Shown here: piece after piece, positions 38,316 through 52,003 of the stretch
Numbering within the stretch: the stretch's first letter is position 1
Layout: each line of letters opens with the position of its first letter
NCBI GenBank assembly: GCA_002104905.1
Contig: MCFE01000387.1
Location: forward strand, 19,321 to 83,320
Reading direction: 5' to 3'
Origin: Basidiobolus meristosporus CBS 931.73
Taxonomy: Eukaryota > Fungi > Basidiobolomycota
Length of the DNA: 64,000 nt
Notes under the pieces: model-generated
The model's input: the letters and a program-made list of their open reading frames with translations, nothing else
The model's database searches: none
Told to the model about the DNA's origin: nothing
Program-made: the position numbers and the translations under genes

Positions 38316-39372
38316 ATATTGAAGCTCAATAAACAAACACCTTCACGTATCATAAATTTCAAAGTAATAAACCTCTCCAATTTATTTTGTTTCAACTTGC
38401 CTATGTGTTTCCAGCGTTGCTGAGCCCTGAAGTATGCACAAAGGTCTTTCCCTGCATGTATCAAATTTACGCCAGGCAGGAATCCATCCGCGTGTTTGAG
38501 CCTCTGTAACGCGCTTAGTGTAACATTTCATAAGAACAAATCAAAAATTGAACGCGTATAACGTGAATAGTGAAGGTTACCACTTGTATATAGGGTGTGC
38601 CAACACTCCGTCTCAATATACAAGGAAGATAACTTTGTTCCTTGTGCCATCTACCATCCAGAGTGTAATGGGTTGTTTCGCTCGTTAACACTAACCGTTC
38701 CATTCCATTATGGCAATATTCTACGCAATGATGCCTAATATATTGATGTAGGTCGCCTTAGGATTATGGCAACTCTATCTATCTAGGGCTGCAAACGGGG
38801 TAAGCTTGAACTCCATTGGACACGGGGAGGTACACAATTTAATGGGATGTATTTAATGTTACATCGATTAGATAGTGTACTTAGGGGCATCCAGAGCAAC
38901 GTTCCTCAATTGAGGTTAATTTACGAATCAAGTTTATTTATGAAATGGCTAAACATTATTTCCCTTGATAACTCAAGGAAATCTCCAAGGGTAGGATTCT
39001 AAAGGAGGGGTGGCTTTAAAATCCATTTCACCTTTTTTCAACTGGTGGGCTGAAATGGAATTGTACAATAATAACGCAATGTCGGTGATAATATACTGTG
39101 AAGTCAAGTTATTTTACTACAGAGTAAACGAAAGTCTATGGATTGTGATAGCGTGTAAGGAGTTGAAACAAGTTCACCAGGCTATTCTTTTTTGACTCAG
39201 TCAATAGCGAATGGCTGCGATCGTGACTAGATGATGAAAGCCAGCTGAAACAATGACTCGTCACGAAAGCGCATAGGGAGAGGTTTGATCTTAGTATGTA
39301 CAGGGTCGAGGATATATAGATGGAATTCAATCGATGAAACCTATAAACATCAGGTGGGAAGGTAGAGTAGCT

Positions 39373-40164
39373 TCAAGCACATGCTGTAGAAGCTCTACGG
39401 GTCAAAGTGGGGGTATTCGGCTCCGCGAATTCGACCCCTTTGTGTTCGAGATTCAGTGTCTTTTCAAGATCAACCAGTTGATAAACCAAGCTCATGTTGG
39501 GCGAGATGGTAGAACTACGGGCCTTTACGAAAGAATACGCTTCGTTTACGTTCATTCGAAGAGTGCGCATGACGTAGGCAATGATCAAACTAGCCGATCG
39601 AGACACTCCACATTGACAGTGAACCAGCACTGATAATCCACGAGAACGAGCTTCGTCAATGTAAGAGAAAGCTGTTTCGAAAAAATCAGATAAATTCTCT
39701 TGATTATGTCCCCAGGCAAATTTCTTATAGCCCAATCGACGAACATCTGAACCATCTTCTACCGTGAAGGTCGCATCTACACTCTGAGGATCCGCCAACA
39801 ATGGGTTTTTCACCTCCTTCGCCACATTGAGAATAAAATGTATGTCGCATTTGTTCAAGTTGTCCTTACTGGAGGCATTCTGCTCAGTTCCAAGATAGAG
39901 ATAAGGAAGGATGCACACAGGCCCATTGACATAAGGTGAATCGTAATTGGACAAATTCTCCTTGGTTGGAACTTGGGAGATTGAACGGCGGAATGATGTG
40001 GCTGGAGTCCTTGGGGTTGCGGGAACAACAGAGTTCGCGACGGAACCAGAGAGAGCCAAGGATAAATTCTTGGAGTTTCTGTTTTTCATCGACATCAAAG
40101 GTTTTTTAGGCAAAGAGGTTGAGGAGAGGCGGTTTGTCGAGTGGTTAGATAAGGTAAAAGTCAT
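39373..40164 (-). CDS. Dual-specificity (MAPK) phosphatase, Msg5/Pmp1-like, intronless
   Basis: GPVCILPYLYLG, ILNVAKEV, VLVHCQCGVSRSASLIIAYVM (HCX5R), TISPNMSLVYQL. Confidence 0.9.
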   Translation of the reverse strand: MTFTLSNHSTNRLSSTSLPKKPLMSMKNRNSKNLSLALSGSVANSVVPATPRTPATSFRRSISQVPTKENLSNYDSPYVNGPVCILPYLYLGTEQNASSKDNLNKCDIHFILNVAKEVKNPLLADPQSVDATFTVEDGSDVRRLGYKKFAWGHNQENLSDFFETAFSYIDEARSRGLSVLVHCQCGVSRSASLIIAYVMRTLRMNVNEAYSFVKARSSTISPNMSLVYQLVDLEKTLNLEHKGVEFAEPNTPTLTRRASTACA

Positions 40165-43100
40165 GATAGGACAAGAGATCAAGCTACGAATCTATGAAAT
40201 AATAATCGTGGTGAATAGAAGTCAAGCTGAAGTATCAGCGACACTTGGAAACTGTTATATAGAAAATGGAAAGCGGCAGTCATTGGCTGGGGAAATTACG
40301 AAACAAAAATAGACAAAGGGCTGCATTGCTGAATAAATGAATCAAGTATTATAACATGATGCATTCTGTGCTGTATCGAGAAAAGTACCGAATCAAATAA
40401 ACCCAGAACTGCCCCCCTTTGGAGATGTTTAATTGTCTACCATATATGGACGCGAATAATAATTGTGCCACGAATATAGATTAATTGCCTCACAAAACCT
40501 ACGGACGGATGCTCCTTAATAAGCTATTAATACGAATGAATTAAGTAAAGCTGACAACATTGAAACATCTCTTGTTTGTGACAGACGCGATAATCGTCGG
40601 TGGATTAATGACTTCCCTCTATGTCGCAGGTTGTGGCATATGGCTTAATGATGTCCATTAATCCCCAATACTTACCACATAGCGGAGCTCGCTACAAGTG
40701 CTTTGTGGTCGAACTTTCGATAGAAGAACATTGATCGGCCTTGTGACACAGCAGGACATATTCGTATTACTGAACTAAGGGGTAAGGCTTGGTATTCTGC
40801 TGAACGTCTGATTGTTGGTCTCTTCAGCGTTCTGTGCGTTTGATTCAGAGAATCACGCTTGCTCAGCAAATCAACATGTCCATTATGTGAGTTGTGGCTT
40901 TCTAGAACTGTCTCATTAACTAATTAGAATCTGAGTTGGTGAACAGTCACTGTCAGAATGGATTGAATCAACCATTTATAAGCGCCAATACAACTTGCAA
41001 TACATGACTCTTACACTGCCCAGAGTCGTGGTTTCAATTGACTTGATTGGGCCTAAAAGGTTTCCAAGCGTGGCATATATTTATATACATTAACTATTGA
41101 TCGACAAATTATACAACCGAAACAGAGTGTTTCCTATTAATGATTATCGGACCAACAAGATTTCCCAAGCCTAATTTGATTATTGACTGGGTGCGCCGAG
41201 TGTTGAAAGGAAAGCTAGTGAATGGATGGCAAATGAGGTTAGCAAGTAGCACAGATCTTGTGCTGGTTTTTCCAGAGGCCTAGACCTTTTGCTCTTCTTC
41301 TACAAGCAATCTTGTCAAGAACCTTCCCAAACGACTTGGCTTACGAATTAGGAAATGTATTTACACTCCATCTCCATATGCACGCACAGCAATATCCACT
41401 GTTTTCTGCACAATCTATACTGCTTGATTAGGAAAAAAATCTCGATATGAGGAGGTACTATGCACGAAATTTGTAGACCGCACAAGGTTGCAACTGGAAT
41501 ACTCCGGAGGACATTAGCCCTAACTGTATGGGATTAAGGGAGATAATTGTAGGAGGGCAGCATCGAGGTGGATGATAGTCAAAGCAGTGCAGCGGGGGAT
41601 CTATTTTGTGTGGGTTGCACATGAAGGCATCCTACACTAGGCGATGATTAGAGGGAGACTAAGCTTAATTGAGCCACGATCAGTTAAGCATGGAGCTATC
41701 CCATCAATGATATGATGCGCGAAATTATTTTGCTGCGCAATCTTGTGAAAATGTCCCTGAAGACAATGAAAGCTGTTGTTCCAGCACCAACCAGCTGGGT
41801 GAATTAACTGAGTGAGTGCACGTATGTATGTGATGCACCGCACCTGCCTGCTTATTGATTTCGAAAAACTTCATCCTACCTCGATTCTTGATGTTGATGT
41901 AATGATATACATACGGCTAACAAGACTACCCCAGACCTATCATTGGAGGGATTCTTTTTATATTTGTCCACTAAGCCAAACTAACCAGTAAGGCGTATGG
42001 CTGGTTTCGCGCCTTTATCCCCTGCTGCGTTCTTTTCGAATAAAAAAGTAAAGGGAATTTTGCTAGGCCATCTCAAAGCTGCAATATAATAAAAAAACAA
42101 TTCTTTCAGCATCAAACATTCCATCGTACTAACTACGCCCAAGGAGGTGTTGGTGTTAATTATTTGTAACGCAAACAAGTTGTGCACGAACTTTTTGATC
42201 TCCCACTTACATGTTAGTCGATAATATATCCTTGATGATGCAGTCGGATTGCCACGGCATCAATCAATTATTTCCCAATGCAGATTTATTGGGTTTTATT
42301 TCCCAAAAATCAGCTGTTTGAGTTCAGTCCCTAGAAAATATCACATTGCATATCTTAGCATCAAAATATTTACTCAAGCTGATACTGTGACGAGGCAGTG
42401 ACCAAGTGAAATGGGCAAACAAATATGAAATACAAGCATGTACTCGAATTACTGAGCAAGTGAAGCCCTCAATCTTGGGGATTGCCAATCATTGCAAGAG
42501 ATTAGGGTTAGACCTAGTTATGCATCTATGCCGAGAAAGATTCTTTCAAGTTCATCAGAATCGTGAAAGTACCGAAATATCCCAAGTATGACATACATGC
42601 CTACGCTTGGTGAATGAGTTCAACTGAAAGCATGTTCATTTCTTTTTCTAAATACACTAAGAAGCGATAAACCTTTTTCTTTAAATAAGCCAAATCACTT
42701 TCATTGTCTGCTAAATTTGGCTGAATTTAACGAGACCCCTGGTGAAGGGAAGTGTGAAATGTGTGGATTGATGCATCGTTGTATTAAGAATGTTTAGGTA
42801 TGCACTAAATATTCATATGGTGACCTCATATTTGAAATTAATAAGCAGTTTCCATATCGTCCAAAAGCCCCCATAATTACAAACATTCTTTCAAGACCTT
42901 TTTTCATAGTTGATTTTTCAGTACCTAAATTAAATGAATAATTTACCAACTGAATATCATGTTTTCTTGTAGCCCCAGCAAGTTTTCTACTTGCTTTATC
43001 TATCCCATTTAAAATATACACACTTCTTTCCATGAATATGGCTATTGGCTTAATACTCTGAGATGGTGTGAATGTGGGTTCAACAAACCTTTTTTTGGTA

Positions 43101-44345
43101 TTCTAAACATACACCAAGTTGGGGGGGGGTGGCATATTTCATTTGACATCACAACAGTTCTAGATGAACCTTGGTAAACATTGGATACCGAGTCAATCAT
43201 GAGCTCTAGCGAAAAGCCATTTACTTTCCAAATCTTGATCATATTTACCGAATATGGTGATAATTTCCGGAAGTATTGCATGTATTTTCAGAATCAATTT
43301 TGATTTTCATCGACTACTCGATCAGCCGATCAGGACCAAGGTAGTCGATATCTGGAAAAACGTTACCTTGATATAGGCAGGAGGTCGGCACTGGTAGGTG
43401 GCCCCCGTATTTCCCCCGACCCTCCACATTGGGAGGAAAGAGGCCCTCACCCATGTAAAGGGTGGGTGGGGAATCGATGAGTTAGACCTGCTTAGCCTGT
43501 AATGTCAGTTTTATGTGACTCTACCAAGTTGGTTACTTAAACTAATCGACTCAGACCACATTGAAATTGCAACTAGAAGCAACTGAGCAACCTTATGATT
43601 CTGAAAAGACCACACTAAATTTTGAATTGACAAGAGTTTCTGAAAGGCTTCTTTAAGCCTTAGCTTTGCTAGTAGATGGGTGGGCCGAGGTCTCATATAT
43701 TTTACATTTTAACATATTTATCTAAAGCAGAGGGGGGATGATACCGCTATGCTATATATTTGCGGGTTGTTTTTGTACTCGAGGGTTTTATAGAAGGGCT
43801 AAAGCGCCACATTTATTCTTACTGCTCGGATGATATTTATACAGTAATAGGTCAAGGTAAACAAGTTAGAGTAGTCATATGATAGCTCTTATTGAGGTTA
43901 AGTTTGAGGTCATGGAAATCTATTGACTACTTTTGGGAATAGCTTGGTGTGCGTTCGCTCCGGAATGACCATTGCACTAGAAGGCTTGCTCCGTGAATGA
44001 TTATACCGGAACTCACATATGTATCGCGGGGAATTTAGGAAAAGATGAACGGCTCTCTAACTTGGGGAATTCTTGAAATAGGCTCACCTGATGGAATTAC
44101 CGTTATTGGTTTCCAGGTGTTACCACTATCCTAATCCGAGACCATGAAGGGTGGCTAAAATGTGGAACGAGGATTTCACAATAAAAATGACCATACGATC
44201 GGAGGAGAACGGGTTATCATGAGGAAAAGTAAAAGATCTCCAGATAAACCACCCGAAAACTATAAATACTAGCCCAACAGCATTCCCATTCTCAGTTTCA
44301 TCTCAACTACTGTATTGTACATCTGTCCCTCGCTTCTCCAACTCA

Positions 44346-44615
44346 ATGATCGCTTTACCTGCCAAACATTACACCGGAAGCTCCCAGTGCTCAGACAAAG
44401 GGCCCTCCGTGAAGTCGTTTTTTGGAAATGCTCCATTTTATCAACAGGAGCTGCCAGTCGATCTACTCCGGTGCCCGAAATTATCCCAATTCAAGAAACA
44501 GTCCCCTCCTACCAAGGTCGAGTTCAGTAAACTCAACCAGGATGAAGCCATTGATGTACTCTACGATTTGCTTAGCGATACATTCGACAAACTCGTTGAG
44601 CTCGCTCACTCCTGA
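44346..44615 (+). CDS. Orphan 89-aa protein, paralog A
   Basis: TATAAA ~80 nt upstream; shares FFxNxPFYQQxLPxD and EAIDxLYDLLSDTF with 45327-45596. Confidence 0.7.
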   Translation: MIALPAKHYTGSSQCSDKGPSVKSFFGNAPFYQQELPVDLLRCPKLSQFKKQSPPTKVEFSKLNQDEAIDVLYDLLSDTFDKLVELAHS

Positions 44616-45326
44616 GTCTGAAGTTGCCTAATCCATATGCCAAATAACACTTGTTTATCATGGATCGGAGCTCTTCTTTAGTCGTATATTGTGCCATTGT
44701 AACATATAATAGAAAGCATTGTAGAATAATAATAAACTCAGCGGGTTTGCCTCGACAAAATTCTATTATCATCATGTTACTGAACTCGGGGCGTGCAGTT
44801 GATTATGGTTGTTGTCCATCTATTATAATCTGGACTCCTCGGTTGTTTACGAGCGTTGACCAGAACAGGATCGTATCAATATCTTCTGCTTGTGAATGGC
44901 CAAACTGGTTGTTGCAATAGATTTGGCCAATATCAATGCAGTCGTGTTTATTTCATCTTGTGCAATAATAATTACATGATTGGCCTTTATAGGGGCACCT
45001 CTGAATCATGTGGTCTTGGGCCTGCAAAAAGATAAGGTTTAATCCTGGATAGTCTGGTAAGACGGGTGATTTCGTTGATCAGATCACGGACAATCACGGA
45101 CAATATTTGATGGGCCTTCCTAGAAATCCACTGATGATCAACGGAACAGTTCTATAGATACGTTATCTGCAAAAGGTTCGGACCCGTACGAAGATAGGGT
45201 GATGCACACTGATAACCGATGTAGAACACGGGGTCCGATAAACACTCTATAAAAATGGGCAGGAGTCTTCTTGTCATGCAACATTTGATTCATCTCTATC
45301 GCAGCTATTGCCAACAACCAAGCACC

Positions 45327-45596
45327 ATGAATCGTACAGACATACCCAACTTTTTCAACAATAAACCCTTCTACCAACAAGACTTACCTTGTGACCAAGA
45401 GCAAGAAGGCAGAGATATTTTACAAAAGAAGGTGCAGCCAAAGTGCAAACCAACACACCGGGAGAGACTCTCTGTCGAGGAGTTCGGCCTGCTCGATAAA
45501 GAAGAAGCGATTGACGAGCTTTATGATCTATTAAGTGACACTTTCAATCAGTTTGGCCGTTTGACCGAAGGCATGGGAAAATCATTCATCGTATGA
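45327..45596 (+). CDS. Orphan 89-aa protein, paralog B
   Basis: TATAAAA at ~45248; ATG 45327 gives the same length as paralog A and the same two motifs. Confidence 0.7.
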   Translation: MNRTDIPNFFNNKPFYQQDLPCDQEQEGRDILQKKVQPKCKPTHRERLSVEEFGLLDKEEAIDELYDLLSDTFNQFGRLTEGMGKSFIV

Positions 45597-46132
45597 CCGA
45601 GCTTTTTCAGATTTAATGTAATATATTCCCTGAACTGAGTAGATTGGTGTGATAGCTGTTTACATATATTGTATATTTTCATTGGTAATTAATAAATTGT
45701 AAATATTCCGGTAATATCTCTGACTGAGCGTAGCTAGCTTTTCCGATATCATGGTATTGAGTAACCTTGATAAACTGCACGGGATGTGCTCAAGAGGCTT
45801 GAAGATAAACGGCCAAAATCGGATTCCTTATGAGTGCCATCTAGCGTCATTCGGAAAATCGCTTGATTATCACTTTGTGAAAGAAATGCACCTTGCAAGC
45901 CCAGAGAGTACAGCTCTTCAAATGATGCAAAGCCACTGATTTAGATAACCGGGTGACGTTTTGGTAAAGGTGGCAAGGTGGCAATTCCAGGAATGAATCA
46001 GCTGGCTTTTATTTATGGTTCTTAATAACGGGAATTTTCCAACATATGTGAAGTCTGCTTCTAATTTCATAGATACATGTAGGATATACTGTTGATATAA
46101 TGGAAAGCTACTCAACAAAATCTGGGTCCTAA

Positions 46133-46944
46133 TTATGAATGTATGCTGCGTCTTCTTACTCCTTGTAGGCATTTTATCTCCAAGTGCTCGATTTTCATGT
46201 CGAGGCGACCTTCATTGTTGATACCTTCATCATTCCACGGAACAGGTCCACCAGCCCACTCACTGGTGCCATCCTCTGTACTATCACCACCGTCCCAAAT
46301 TGAAAAGTTAATCCTGGTAGGGCCGGCTGGGAACTTGTAAACTCCCGAATTACGGTCTAAAGTTCGACTTTTGCTCAGTGTGCGTATAACTTTGTCGTTA
46401 ACTAACCATGTCAGAGAATCTGGTCTCCATTCCAGAGAGTATGTGATGAACTCTTTAGAGCTATCACTACCGACATACGTTCCGTTATTACTATAGACAA
46501 GCTCTCCTTTATAGAAGTAATTGCTTAGCGTGTCTCTTGGATTTCCTCCAAGCCACTCAAAATCCACTTCATCCTTATCACTGGCCATAGTGAACATTGC
46601 ACTGACAACGCCTTTGGTACCCGCAGTTCTTATGCGAGCATTGACCCGGCCGTATTTAAAGAAACTTTTTGTAGTTGCTTGAGCGCCAACTCCAAAGAAT
46701 TTCCCATCTGCCTGGGGAGTTTTCTTTAGGCGGAGTACCAGGCCATCTTGAAAATAATGCTCCCCTTCAATTGTCATACTACCAGTATCTTGCTTAAAAT
46801 CGTCATACAAGTCAGTACAGTCCTCTGATTGACAATAAGCACCGAGGGACACCAAAAGGAATATATAGACCTATAATAAACCCTTAGCCACAGGCGTTAA
46901 AATAACTTCATGTCTGCTGCTCTAACCTTAAGCAAAGCTGGCAT
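46133..46944 (-). CDS. Secreted GH16 glycanase/transglycosylase (Crh/Utr2-like); 3' end uncertain
   Basis: MPALLK|intron|VYIFLLVSLGAYCQ signal peptide; FKYGRVNARI, GVVSAMF, catalytic DEVDFEWLG, WRPDSLTW, FSIWDGG. Confidence 0.85.
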
Positions 46945-49267
46945 CTCGGAAAAGCTAGTATGGTCTCCTGGAAGGTTAATGCCCAGAAAGTTACCGACAG
47001 TCATCGTTTTAAAGGATTTCTTCAGAGCAATATCATCGGGTCAACTTTATCGATGTGGAGTCGACTGCATCCCACAATTCAAAATTATCCCTGACCAAGG
47101 GGTGCTTACATTCATTGTAGCCTAATACGGAAAGCAATTACTCTTTGCTACCTTCGAAATACGATAATGCTGGTAGTTCACTGCGAAGGTGGGTTAATGC
47201 ATTTATCTGTACTCCTCAAGCAACATAAAGGCGCAACAAATCACCCGAAGCTGTCAAAAAATACAAGTTCGGTGAGTAGGTACAATATGAATAGATACCG
47301 ACCTTGCTTTATGCATACTTCCATTACGATATATTTCCACACACCGATGACCATTCTTTCACAGATATGTAATCTATTGTTCGTTTTAGAAGTAGTCCAG
47401 ATAGCGCTAAGTAAGGGGAGTACTCTTTGTTCATTTAAATTTTACATATTGTTGGGCTTAAATGAATCGCACCTACTTGGCTCTCCACGAGTTCAAACAC
47501 AACGAACCCGAAAATCAGGCCATTGCAAGTGTTCCTTATTGTACCTAGTTCTCTACATATTCCTATAGCCTAGTTGCTGATCGCATGTTTTCAATATTTT
47601 TCAGAATTATATTCCCATATCTACTCCGGGATGCTTTACAAACATTGTTAATACCATGTTGTGTCCAATCAAACCAGATGCGCAAAAGCAAGTCTTCTTC
47701 TAAATCCCCCAAATCACATCAAAGTTTGTACCTCCACCTTGGAAATTCTTCCAGAACTATTGGCTCCAGTATAGCACGACTCGATATCTTGAGTGTTTAC
47801 ATATCTTTAGTTGGCAGTGCTGCCAGAATTCTTGGAGATATTGGCAGAGATTGAGAGAACCAGTAGATTGTGTTGTTTTCACTTAATGATTTGCTATATG
47901 CAATGGTGGCATTTATACATTTCCAGGTCTTGGTAAAATAAACATGTTGAATATGCTACCAAAGGACCCAGCAACATGTATACATTTGGGGTCTTAAGTT
48001 TAGTAATTATTTAGTTTATACATAAACTACACAAATATATCATGATTCTATTTAGTTTATTGCCAAGCTATCAATTGTTAACTCGGGATTTAGTTTGTAA
48101 AATATTAGCTAACTCTTTGAATTAGTCAAGTCCTAGATGTTGTCAGAATTTCAACCTCGTCGAACTTTGCACATTATTTTCTGGGACCTTTCTTACAGCA
48201 TCTCTTTCGTTTGAACTCAACAAGACAACATGGGAGCATCAGGTAACTCCTTTGGTTTGATCTATCAGGCTTAGGAATAAGTAAGTATAAATTATTCCAG
48301 CATATATTCATGATGTATTCATTACTCAATTCTAGGCTTCCATATCTACTGGCCAGAATATGAAACCAGGAAGTCACATGGATGTTTGAACACTAGGTAA
48401 AGTGGGGATATTGTTGGTGACTGTTTGTGAACCTGTGCCTGCAGCCAAACTGTAAATCCTAAAAAATCGTGACCAGTCATTCCAAGTTAATGATTCCATG
48501 AGTTCCCACCATACCACAACTACTTAACAATATCATGAATGAAAGAAAAGATAAACCCTATATTCTCATAGGGTGTACATGAAGCAACCAGAGATTGGGT
48601 AAAGTAAGGATATACTGTGGCTTATTGGGGGAGAGTAGGGTATTAATGCTTTCGGTAGAGCTTGCAAAAATAGAGACAAGCATGCGGATCAAGCTTCACT
48701 AGAATCATACTAGCAAAACTTAACATGTAAGAATGGAGATAAATACTGCCGGAAAGTAAGAGGATGAGATTCAGGTGGGGATTTCTTCACACTTAATAAG
48801 TCCACTATCCGGTATTACTTATGGTGTAACCCACCATATGTAACCTACTCCACCCATTGAGTAGCCGAGTAATATCATGGATGCTACCAACTCTGAAACA
48901 ACTGGGATGATGGAGAAACAGATGAATTATCTTTCATTTGTCCAAGGCGTAGTCTGGCTCCTAATGTGACATCGGGCAAATTCTTGTGGCTTGCAAGGGT
49001 TTGCACTTGTACTACTGATGCTACAATTAGTTGGAATTAATCCAAGAAGTTTACGAACGAATACTATGTTATGGATGTAGTTGCTGTGTTATACACTGTA
49101 ACTTCAGTCCATTTCGAAAAGTCGATGCACTACGATATGTTTCATATTGTACCTCTGTAGATAGGTGGTGTGGAGCACATTTTCTAGAATCCCGATGGCC
49201 CTTTTTGTATATAAGCGATCGGAGTGCGCTTGCCAATGAAGCATCCTCAAACCATCCCTCTCGAATC

Positions 49268-50220
49268 ATGCTATCCAACTATTCAAATGAAGAGGAGCCT
49301 ACCTCAAAGTTTGAGGAAGTTCCTTACGTATTGCCAAATAACATAGCGGAGCTTAGTAGGTCAGCTCCTGTGACTCTCCAAATTTAAAGGAACAATGTTT
49401 AACTGTTTGCAATCAAGATTGAACATTCAACACTATATCTTCCGGTATGTTCGCAAAGGTAATTATGGTGCACCGATTAGTAAAGACGTCAAGCGTATTT
49501 TGGATGTGGGATGCGGTACTGGAATCTGGGCAAAGGTATTCCGGCTGAATGATTTTTCTTGAATAGCGTTTTGCTGACATGCGCAATTCATAGGACATGT
49601 CTCTTCTGTTTCCCGACACCATGTTTGACGGGATTGATGTCAACGGTGGCATTGACCCTGAGAACGACTTTCCAAATTTCACCTTTACACAGGGCGACAT
49701 TTTAAAAGGACTCCCATACAAAGACAACACTTTCGACTTCGTGTACCAAAGATTACTAGTTGCTGGCATGCCTGCTACAGCCTGGCCGAAACTATGCGCG
49801 GAATTGATACGAGTGGTTAAGCCAGGTGGTTGGATAGAAATCATCGACACGGATATTTACTTCCGGGATTACGGTCCGGCCTGGAAACAGCTGGAGCCAT
49901 ACTTTACCGCCTTCATGAAGAAAAGAGGAATCGATCCCTACGTCGTTCAAGAAATCCCAAATTTTGTGAAGCAAGGAGGGCTAAGTAATATCCATCACTC
50001 GCGTCACGTTTCGCCTATGGGAATTAGCAACAGTGAAATAGACAAATTCATGGTGAAAGATCTGAGCATGATCTTTGCTAACATGATGCCCTTGTTTGTT
50101 GCAGCCTCTGGGAAAACGGAGCAGCAGATATCTCAGCTACTGAAGGAATTTGAGAAAGAATGTTTCGAGTATAAAACCTACGGATTCGCTTACTATACTT
50201 GGGGGCAGAAGCCACTATGA
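49268..50220 (+). CDS. Class I SAM-dependent methyltransferase (LaeA/TdiE-like fungal family), 2 introns
   Basis: PYVLPNN...RLNIQHY, ILDVGCGTGIW, FDGIDV, LPYKDNTFDFVYQR, RVVKPGGWIE. Confidence 0.9.
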
Positions 50221-51096
50221 CCATTGTTGGAGCGCGTTGGCATGAATAATACAATCAAGAGCGAGGGGAGCTAATCACAAAACCACCTAAAATAGTATCT
50301 GATCTCCAATCTGGACATATTTGCCTAGAACGACTACAACTTAATAAATACAGTGTATTCTAACAATGATATTATATAGATTTAGAAGCTCGGGATTTTT
50401 GTCATCTCTATTGCATCGTGCAGGGATGCGAATTTGTTGGGGCGCATTATGGTAGATTATCTTCATCAAATATATATTATAATGACCATAGTATGGGCAT
50501 TTATGGCTACGAATGTTGACCTAAGGTAATTTACCACACTACCTGCTAGATACATGGATCTATATCACCGAGTCAATTGGTTCACAAAAGTCATTAATCA
50601 TGAGGGCGGTATGGAACCTAGACCCTACAAACCTGATTGTAATTTACTAATGACTCTGCTGACCTGATCTGTTGAGTTGTGGACAAATAATATTTCGCTC
50701 CTTGGAAAAGCTTGTTTCGACCCAACACAACTCCTTTATCCCCAAGCCAGCACACATCGCATTTGGTACTCTTCCCCTGACAACATTTAGAAGCCGTAGT
50801 AATTCATGATTTAGATAAGTTTAGAACCTAAGTTGTTGAATTAATTAGAATGATTTCTGTGGCAGATATCAATGGCCGAGGTTCAGTAGTGCATTCTTCA
50901 AATAACTGCCGAGTCTATTTAATACCAATCGAATGGGGATACGAGAATTAAACTTAAGTCCAATAGTTCAAACAAGTATGCTTTATAGTGACAGATTACG
51001 TGGATGAGATTGGTTTCTGCTCAGATCCTTAAGCTCATTCCACCTAGTACAGTAGTCACTCCATCAATACATGATTCAGTAATAAAGATTGGTATT

Positions 51097-52003
51097 ATGA
51101 AAGTTGTCAGAATAAGCCACCCAGACGGAAGATTTTTCTCACTATTTCAACTTTGGTTATGGTAAATGTTGGCCTGTGAGTAGCCGCTATGCTTGTCTTG
51201 TGATCATATGATGGACTTTTAGGCTGCTCCACGGTCGTGGCTATAGCAGCCATTGGCATAAGTTCCCCGCATTCCAGGATGTGAGTGGGGTGATCGGGAC
51301 TTGTGTATCTGGTGCATTCTTACTGCTAATCGGTATCATGAACGCAATTGTCCTGGTTAGCATTTGGAAACAGCTGCAGACACTTCGTCGAGAGAAGGTG
51401 TACAGAGAGATTGATGTGGAGGAGATGCTCAACTCGGGAGGAGTCTTGTCCAGGTTCTTCAGACCAATCTTCAACTTCATCGATGCTAGCTGGAAGATGT
51501 ATCCGTTGGGGGTGTTGTTCGGGTTCGGGTTCGACACAGCCACCGAGATCACATTATTGGCGCTGTCTGCTACACAAGCCAACAACGGACTCAACATTGG
51601 ACTGATCCTATTCTTCCCGTTCCTATTCACTGCCGGAATGTCCCTGATTGACACGCTGGATGGCATGCTCATGTTGTGCACCTACAGCTGGGCCTTTATC
51701 TCGCCCATCCGCAAGATCTACTTCAACTTCACCATCACCTTCATCTCCGTGCTGATTGCCATCCTCATTGGACTGGTTCAGGTGTTCAACATTCTTGGTG
51801 ATAAGCTAGAGCTGACCGGATCATTCTGGGAGCTCTTTGGCACCATTGGAGATAATTTCGACATCGTTGGCTACTGCATCGTATCGTTGTTCGTGGTTAT
51901 CTGGATGCTGGCGATCTTGATCTACAAGTATGGTGGATTTGGGAAGTTCGAGAAGGACATTATGGTGGTGCGTGAGAAGTTGAAATTTAAGGTATTCTCT
52001 TAA
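51097..52003 (+). pseudogene. Probable pseudogene copy of NiCoT with a degraded 5' part
   Basis: 51097-51257 is a stop-containing, deleted version of the copy-2 N-terminus and lacks RHALDADH; 51258-51940 is near-identical to 53254-53936. Confidence 0.75.

Noticed and set aside
42794-43281. Two adjacent in-line minus-strand ORFs in an AT-rich stretch, possible transposon relic
   Set aside because: No DDE, RT or Rep motif and no terminal repeats found.
47585-48540. Minus-strand stretches that read like a stop-riddled decayed gene (e.g. DLGDLEEDLLLRIWFDW)
   Set aside because: No recognisable motif or family; cannot be supported without a homology search.
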